A stretch of DNA of 41,222 nt from Octopus bimaculoides (Eukaryota), in NCBI RefSeq assembly GCF_001194135.2, contig NC_068982.1, forward strand, positions 86,699,904 through 86,741,125, written 5' to 3'. The first letter of the stretch is position 1, and each line of letters starts with the position of its first letter. The translations under genes were made by a program, and so were the position numbers. The notes beneath the pieces are model-generated. The model was given only the letters and a program-made list of their open reading frames with translations. It was not told the origin of the DNA and did no database searches. Below are positions 35,023 to 41,222 of this stretch, piece after piece.

Positions 35023-36173
35023 TTACTCACTCTGCTGGCAACTAAGGACCTCTCATTCAGGATGAAAGGTAGGCTGTATGATGAATTTGTGTGAACTGTC
35101 ATGCTACATGGTAGTGAAACATGGGCTATGACTGCTGAGGACATGGATAGGCTTGAAAGAAATGAAGCTAGTATGATCCGCTGGATGTGTAATGTCAGTG
35201 TGCATACACAACAGAGCGTGGGTGCCCTGAGAGAAAACTTGGACGTAAGAAGCATCAAATGTGGTGTGTAAGAGAGACGGCTGCACTGGTTTGGTCATTT
35301 GTTATGTATGGATGAGGACGGCAGTGTGAGGAAATACCACACCCTAACTGTGAAAGGAACCTGTAGAAGAGGTAGACCCAGGAAGACATGAGATAAGGTG
35401 GTGAAGCATGACCTTCAAACTTTGGGCCTTACAGAGGCAATGACAGGACACCGAGACCTTTGGAGACATGCTGTGATTGAGAAGATCTGGCAACTAAAGT
35501 GAGATCGCAGCCATGGCCTATGCCAGTATTGCATGTCCAGCCCATTTAAACATACCCTTGATGCGTCATGTGATATGATATGCTTGAGAAGACCTGTTGA
35601 GTCAAGTAAAGCCAAAATCGTAGCTGTGGCCAGTACCCCTTGACTGGCTTCCATTCTCATGGCACATAAAATGCATCATCTGAACGTGGTCGATGCCAGT
35701 GCCCCCAGATTTGCTCCTGTGCTGATGACACATAAAAAGCACCATCCGAATATGGTCGATGCCAGGTCTGCCTGACTGGCTCCTGTGCCGGTAGCACATA
35801 AAAAGCACCATCTGAACATGGCCAATGCCAGTGACCCCTGATTGGCTCCTGTACTAGTGTCACATAAAAAGCACTATCTGAACGTGATCAATGCCAGTTC
35901 CTCCTCAATGGCTCCCCTGCTAGTGGCATGTAGAAAGCACTATCCAAACGTGACCGATGCCAGGCCTGCCTGAGTGACTTCTGTGCAAGTGGCATGTAAA
36001 AAGCACCCACTACACTCTTTGAGTGGTTAGTGTTAGAATGGGCATCCAGCTGTAGAAACATTGCTAGATCAGATTGGAACCTGGTGCAGCCGCTGGCTTT
36101 CCAGACCTCAGTCAAACCATCTAACCCATGCTAGCATGGAAAACAGACATTAAACGATGGTGATGATGATGAT
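35023..36173 (+). mobile_element. RTE-clade LINE 3' fragment, related to the 4032 and 40924 copies, with a long repeat-containing 3' UTR
   Basis: KGRLYD, MLHGSETWAM, RRLHWFGH, RGRPRKT, DLQTLGLTEAM, RDLWR; stop at 35500-35502. GGGCATCCAGCTGTAGAAAC. (GAT)n tail at 36156-36173. Confidence 0.9.
35629..36010 (+). repeat. Tandem array of six 66-bp units in the RTE 3' UTR
   Basis: GCCAG starts at 35629, 35695, 35761, 35827, 35893 and 35959 (exact 66-bp spacing). The last unit runs into the terminal UTR. Confidence 0.92.
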
Positions 36174-36188
36174 ACATATACATATAGA

Positions 36189-36812
36189 TAGTACTGTGCA
36201 AAAGTCTTCAGCCACTTTAAACTATTGTAAATTTCTACTAATTGCCAACTTATAAGTAAATGTTTCATGTTGCATTTTTGGCAGATTAAACACTGGCCCT
36301 GTTGTCATTTCCATACCCAATCATTTTATTTTGTAGTAGGACTTCTGAATTAGAGGGGAAGAAGCAAGACGACCACCAAAAATGGCCATGCAAAAATTTT
36401 TGGCTATCTTATAAACCAATCGAGATGCAGTGTTTTAAAACAAAAAGATGTCTATAATGTAAACTTATTACATAATGTTCATTTGAAGAAGTTACTGTAC
36501 ATTGTTAATATTTCNNNNNNNNNNNNNNNNNNNNNNNNNNNNNNNNNNNNNNNNNNNNNNNNNNNNNNNNNNNNNNNNNNNNNNNNNNNNNNNNNNNNNN
36601 NNNNNNNNNNNNNNNNNAAGAAGTTACTGTACATTGTTAATATTTCCTGTGGCTTCCCTTAGCTTGAATAATTGCTTCCATGTGTCTGGGAAGAGATGCG
36701 TACAAATCCTTCACCATCTTCACAAGTATGAGATGCCTTTCTCTGTGGCTGAGCTCCCACAACTCTTCAAGATTACATGGATTCTTCTGACAAACTCTTC
36801 TCTTTAGGTCTG
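36189..36812 (-). mobile_element. Tc1/mariner fragment: transposase C-terminus and one TIR-like end
   Basis: DLKRRVCQKNPCNLEELWE...DLYASLPRHMEAIIQAKGSHRKY* (36812-36637). Tc1-type end AGTACTGTGCAAAAGT near 36190. Confidence 0.8.
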
Positions 36813-37109
36813 TTCAAAAACATTCTGAAAGGGATGATGCAACAGATCTCATTGGATAGGTTTTTATCGAAAACTCCTGCAGACGAAAGTGAGGAAAGCG
36901 TGGCGAAAAGGGCAAAAAACAGTGAATAAGATTCAGTTATTCAGTTTAGCCTTCCTCCTCCACCTTCGTCAGCATCCTCAAGTTGTCTGATCTCCAAGGT
37001 AAATGCTGTACATTATACTTAATAAAACCAGTTTATTGCAGTAGATTCTATTGTATTGTTTTCTTTTATACAGTATTCGTTATTTATAAATGCATTTTTC
37101 TAATTTAAA
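36813..37109 (+). mobile_element. Tigger/pogo-like transposase C-terminal scrap with downstream region
   Basis: FKNILKGMMQQISLDRFLSKTPADESEESVAKRAKNSE*; the Q.SLDRF motif is typical of Tigger C-termini. Confidence 0.55.
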
Positions 37110-37427
37110 NNNNNNNNNNNNNNNNNNNNNNNNNNNNNNNNNNNNNNNNNNNNNNNNNNNNNNNNNNNNNNNNNNNNNNNNNNNNNNNNNNNNNNNNNNN
37201 NNNNNNNNNNNNNNNNNNNNNNNNNNNNNNNNNNNNNNNNNNNNNNNNNNNNNNNNNNNNNNNNNNNNNNNNNNNNNNNNNNNNNNNNNNNNNNNNNNNN
37301 NNNNNNNNNNNNNNNNNNNNNNNNNNNNNNNNNNNNNNNNNNNNNNNNNNNNNNNNNNNNNNNNNNNNNNNNNNNNNNNNNNNNNNNNNNNNNNNNNNNN
37401 NNNNNNNNNNNNNNNNNNNNNNNNNNN

Positions 37428-40400
37428 TATATATATAGTTGAAATTTACAGAAAAACAAAAGACGAAGACATGTGTATAAACAACAAGCAGATGTATTAG
37501 TCTGATGCTCAGGAAGGTGAGCATCAAACGTTTTGAGCCTATGCCCTTCAACAGAAAGGAACACAATGAAATAAACAGAGAGAGAATAAAAACACTTTTG
37601 GAGTTAGTGATCAATCGTGGCGACTGGCTGGACAAAGGTAATTAGATAGGAGACCTAGGAAGAAGGGGAGATAATAAAGTATTGATGATCCCAAAACGAA
37701 GGTGTACATGCATGCGTGTATGTGTGTGTGTGTGTGTAGATAGAGGCTGGTGACTTAGACGTGTGGATGTGTGCATGTGTGTGTGCGTCTGTAATGTGTG
37801 GGTGTGTAGATGATGGTGTGGGTGCTGGGAAGTGGTCAGTGCTAGTGTGTATAGAGTGGTGTGATATGGTGTGGTGGTATGCTGAGGTGGTGTTGGAGTG
37901 TGTGGATGTGACGGTGAGGTTTGGGGTGAGGATGTGGGGGGTAGGGTGGGATATGTGGGAGTGGGATGTGTGGGGTGGGTATGGATGGAGGGGGTATCAA
38001 TGAAGGGAGAAGGTGGGTAGGAGTGAAGAGTGGAAGTAGGCATCAGGTCAAGGAAAGAGAGGAGAGGTGGGTTGGAGTGAAAATAGGAAGTAGGTGTCAG
38101 ATGAAGAGAGGAGAGGAGGGGAGTTGAGCCCATGTGGTACAAAGGAGCGAAGAGAGAAGATTAATTCCTGTTCACTGCGAAGGTGGGAGTCCGGATGGTC
38201 TCTATGCAAAGACAATTCAAACACAGACAGGTGTTGTAATGAACGACGAGTAAAGCGGAAATGGTGTGAGACGGGGTGTCATTGCTGAGGCTAATGTCTT
38301 GGAGGTGCTCTGTGAACCAGTCAGCCAAGTGGCGTCCCATTTGATCGATATATAGAGAAAGACAGAAAGAGTAGGAGATGCAATAAATGACATTGCTAAA
38401 AGTGCAGATAAAGGAATCAGTGATATAATAGGGACGATGATGGGTGCTTGTAAAAGGATGGTGGTGTTGGAGAGGTAGGAGCAAGTGCAGCAGCATGGGC
38501 AGGAGCAGGGGAACGAGCCAGGTTGGGAGGAAACTGTGGACCAGAAGGTTGTGGGCTCACTTGAAGGAGGGAAGGGGTAAGTTGGGAAGATGTGTGAAGT
38601 GGTGGGGTTAGACTGGAGTTGCCAGAAGGCTCAGAGAATGGTGTGTTGGAGGGGCAGGGGAGGGGAATCGGTAGACGGGTAACGGCGGAGTGGGTGCAAA
38701 GAGAGAGAGCAGAGACACAGTCCACAGAATGTGCTCTGACAAGGGTAGTGTGGATTGTGGTGAGGGGATATCCATGAAGGATGAAGTGGCAAGCCATGAG
38801 TTGAGACTGAGTATCAAAGTCATGGTTGTCACTACAGAGCCTGCGTAGATGGAGGAATTGGGAGTAGGGGATGGAGAGCTTGGTGTGGGTAGGATGGGAG
38901 GAAGAGAAGTCAAGGTATGAGTGTTTATAGTGGATGGAGGTAGTGAAAGTGGAGTTGTGTATGATGACCGAAATATCGAGAAAGGTGACGGAAGTGTTGG
39001 AAATGGTGCAGGAGAATTTGAGAGCAGGATGGAATGATTGAACAAAAGAAAGAAAGGAGTCTAGTTGTTTGTGGGAGAGCGAGGTTGCACTGATACAGTC
39101 ATCAATATAACGACTGTATTGTTTGAGAGTGGGACCAGTGAATCTTGAAAATATTTAGGTCTCAATGTAGCCAACGAACAGGTTTGCATAGTTGAGGCCC
39201 ATTCCCATAGCCACTCCTGAGACCTGTTGGTAAAACTCCCCTACGGACGAGAAGCAGTTGAGGGAGAGAACAAGTTCAGCCTGATGAAAAAGTATAGATG
39301 TGTCAAGTTGGGGGTTGGGTTGAAGGTCTAGGAAGTGTTTGAGAGCAAGAAGTCCTTCATGGTGTGGGATCACTATATATAGACTCTCGATATCAAAAGT
39401 GAAGAGAAGTTTAGAAGAGCCAGGAGGGAAGGAGAAAGAGTTGAAAAGACGAAGAGCATGGTTAGTGTTGTGGATCTGTGAGGAGAGGGAAGCTACTAGG
39501 GCGGGGCAAAGACATGATCGAGGTACTTCAAGATTAGTTCTGTGGGACAGTTACAGGCGGAGGCGATAGGGTTGTTGGGTTTGAGGATTTGGGGATGGAA
39601 GTAATTGGTGGGGGTGTGAGGAGTGCAGACAATGAAGTTGAAGAGAAACAGGAGGAAGAGATGAGGTCATGGATAGTGGTGGAGGTGTCTTAAAGTTGGC
39701 AGAGAGCTTCAGCCTTGTAGAGGTCTGTGTGCCACACCACCATGGCTCCAGCCTTGTCAGCCGGTTTTATGACAATGTCTTTGTGGCGTCAGAGACATTG
39801 AAAGACTGAGAGTTCAGCTGGAGAGATGTTCAGATGCCAGGGATGCCTGCGAAAGTTAAACTGGTCCATAACACATTGACAAATGCCTGCAAAATGATCA
39901 ACTGCTTGGAACTGGCCAGGAGCTGGTGTCCAGTAGGATGGTCAGCAGCCCTGGTCGGTGAAGCAATCCTCTTCATTAGATGCAGGTGGAGTGTTGTGGA
40001 ATAGTGTATGTAGCCTGACACGGCGCACAAAGCTATGAATATCAGCATGGGTCTGAAATTCATTACTGGATGGAGTGAGGAGGATGAAGTGCAGACCCCT
40101 ACTGAGAAGAGGGTGCTCTGCCTCAGAGAAGGGGAAGATCAAGAGGAATGGTAACAACTGATTGAAGTGGGGAGAGGTTAGATGTGGGAGGGGTAGTGGG
40201 GATAGTGGAAGGCTGGGAGGAGAGAGAGGAGGGGTAAGTGTGGGGGGGTTGGAGGACGGTGGGGTTGGGCTGAGGATGAGGGANNNNNNNNNNAGTGTGG
40301 GGGGGTTGGAGGACGGTGGGGTTGGGCTGAGGATGAGGGAGAATCGTATTGGGGAGGGAGGGAAGGGGTAGGGGTAGTGGCATTCGGTGTGACAGAATGG

Positions 40401-40900
40401 AGGAGCAAATGGAGGTTTACGTTGTTTAGTGTGAGTGAGAAATTCACAGAAGAGATGATTTAAATGGATTATGTAGCATAGAGTAGTGTGTGCATAGGAA
40501 GGTGAAAGAGAAGAGAAAAAAGATGGAATAAGTGAGAGGGAGAAGGCAGTTGATGGCATGCATTTTGGAGAGATTGGAACGAATGGTGGCATGCATACGG
40601 TGGTAGGAAGTAATACAGAATATTGGTAGGATGGCTGAAGCAGAATGGAAAGTGAGGTGGAAATAGAGGTGGAAACCTTTGGGGATGAGGCAGTGGTGAA
40701 GGCAGCAACTGAGAAATGAAATGTGGTTAGAGAACCATGTTCTTTTGAAAATTAGCAGGGAAAGATTAATAGAAGGTTGAAAGCAGTGAAAAGGTGTTTC
40801 TTTAGGCAGTAGTGAAGGTGGAGGAGAAAAGATGGGGCATGATGGAAAAAGAAGAAAAAAGGTGGGGAGAGAAAGGTAAAGTAATGATGTACGGAGTATA
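37428..40900 (-). mobile_element. Penelope-like element (RT plus GIY-YIG), decayed
   Basis: N-terminal HISFLSCCLHHCLIPKGF, LSRGLHF...FVRRVRL, VIKPADKAGA, FDIESLY, YQQVSGVAMG..NYANLFVGY, TFLDISV, IPYSQFLHLRRLCSD, and GIY-YIG remnant NVIYCISYSFCLSLYIDQMGRHLADWFTEH. Terminal-repeat-like end at 37430-37660. Confidence 0.9.
37530..37554 (-). ncRNA. Degenerate Penelope-type hammerhead ribozyme core
   Basis: Minus CTGTTGA-A-GGGC-ATAG-GCTC-AAAAC; the canonical core is CUGAUGA-stem II-GAAAC. The G of GAAA is A here. Confidence 0.5.
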
Positions 40901-40923
40901 AAAGTTCAAAAAAATTCAAAAGG

Positions 40924-41222
40924 CATCATCATCATCATCATCATCGTTTAACGTCCGCCTTCCACACTAGCATGGGTTGGACGATTTGACTGAGGGCTGG
41001 TGAAACCGGATGGCAACACCAGTCTCCAATCTAATTTGGCAGAGTTTCTACAGCTGGATGACCTTCCTAACGCCAACCACTCAGAGAGTGTAGTGGGTGC
41101 TTTTACGTGTCACCCGCACGAAAACGGCCATGCTCGAAATGGTGTCTTTTATGTGCCACCCGCACAAGAGCCAGTCCAGGGGCACTGGCAACGATCTCGC
41201 TCGAAAACCCTACAAAGGTCAG
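40924..41222 (-). mobile_element. RTE-clade LINE 3' UTR and (GAT)n tail; runs off the window
   Basis: Closely matches 4032-4330 with few substitutions. Confidence 0.88.

Noticed and set aside
35629-36010. CRISPR-like look of regularly spaced palindromic units
   Set aside because: Whole units are homologous, there are no unique spacers or cas genes, the context is eukaryotic, and the array lies inside a LINE 3' UTR.
36485-36646. Direct repeat of about 29 bp on both sides of an N-gap
   Set aside because: Identical sequence on both gap edges is typical of an unmerged contig overlap, not biology.
40237-40340. 47-bp direct repeat around a 10-N gap
   Set aside because: Same assembly-overlap artefact.
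37642-40708. Pro/Thr/His/Ser-rich ORFs and their antisense partners
   Set aside because: Off-frame or low-complexity readings of the strand-biased Penelope element, not separate genes.

Overview
Eukaryotic, AT-rich, repeat-dominated window with seven N-gaps. The SINE and LINE families resemble octopus (cephalopod) repeats; that taxon call is from recognition, not a search. No intact host gene could be identified, only weak candidate exons near 14.5 kb and 32.4-32.9 kb. The window holds: a cluster of four pieces of one Tx1/L1-like LINE family (5.9-13.3 kb), two of them RT-less with junctions that appear in frame; a near full-length decayed R4/Dong-type LINE bounded by TAA repeats (19.2-22.7 kb, minus); a Ginger2/KRBA2-like integrase pseudogene with PHD-like and CXC tails (24.3-25.9 kb); four RTE-clade fragments, one with a 6 x 66 bp hairpin array in its 3' UTR; a decayed Penelope-like element with a degenerate hammerhead motif (37.4-40.9 kb, minus); Tc1 and Tigger scraps; a ~1030 bp solo LTR inside a SINE tail; hAT, piggyBac-type and fold-back MITEs; and many tRNA-derived SINEs. 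Best leads: the RT-less Tx1 derivatives, an unassigned decayed ORF (4.5-5.6 kb) whose frame is restored by removing a hAT MITE, the structured RTE 3' UTR array, and local template-switch palindromes. Coordinates were read by hand and ends are approximate unless a TSD or TIR is quoted.
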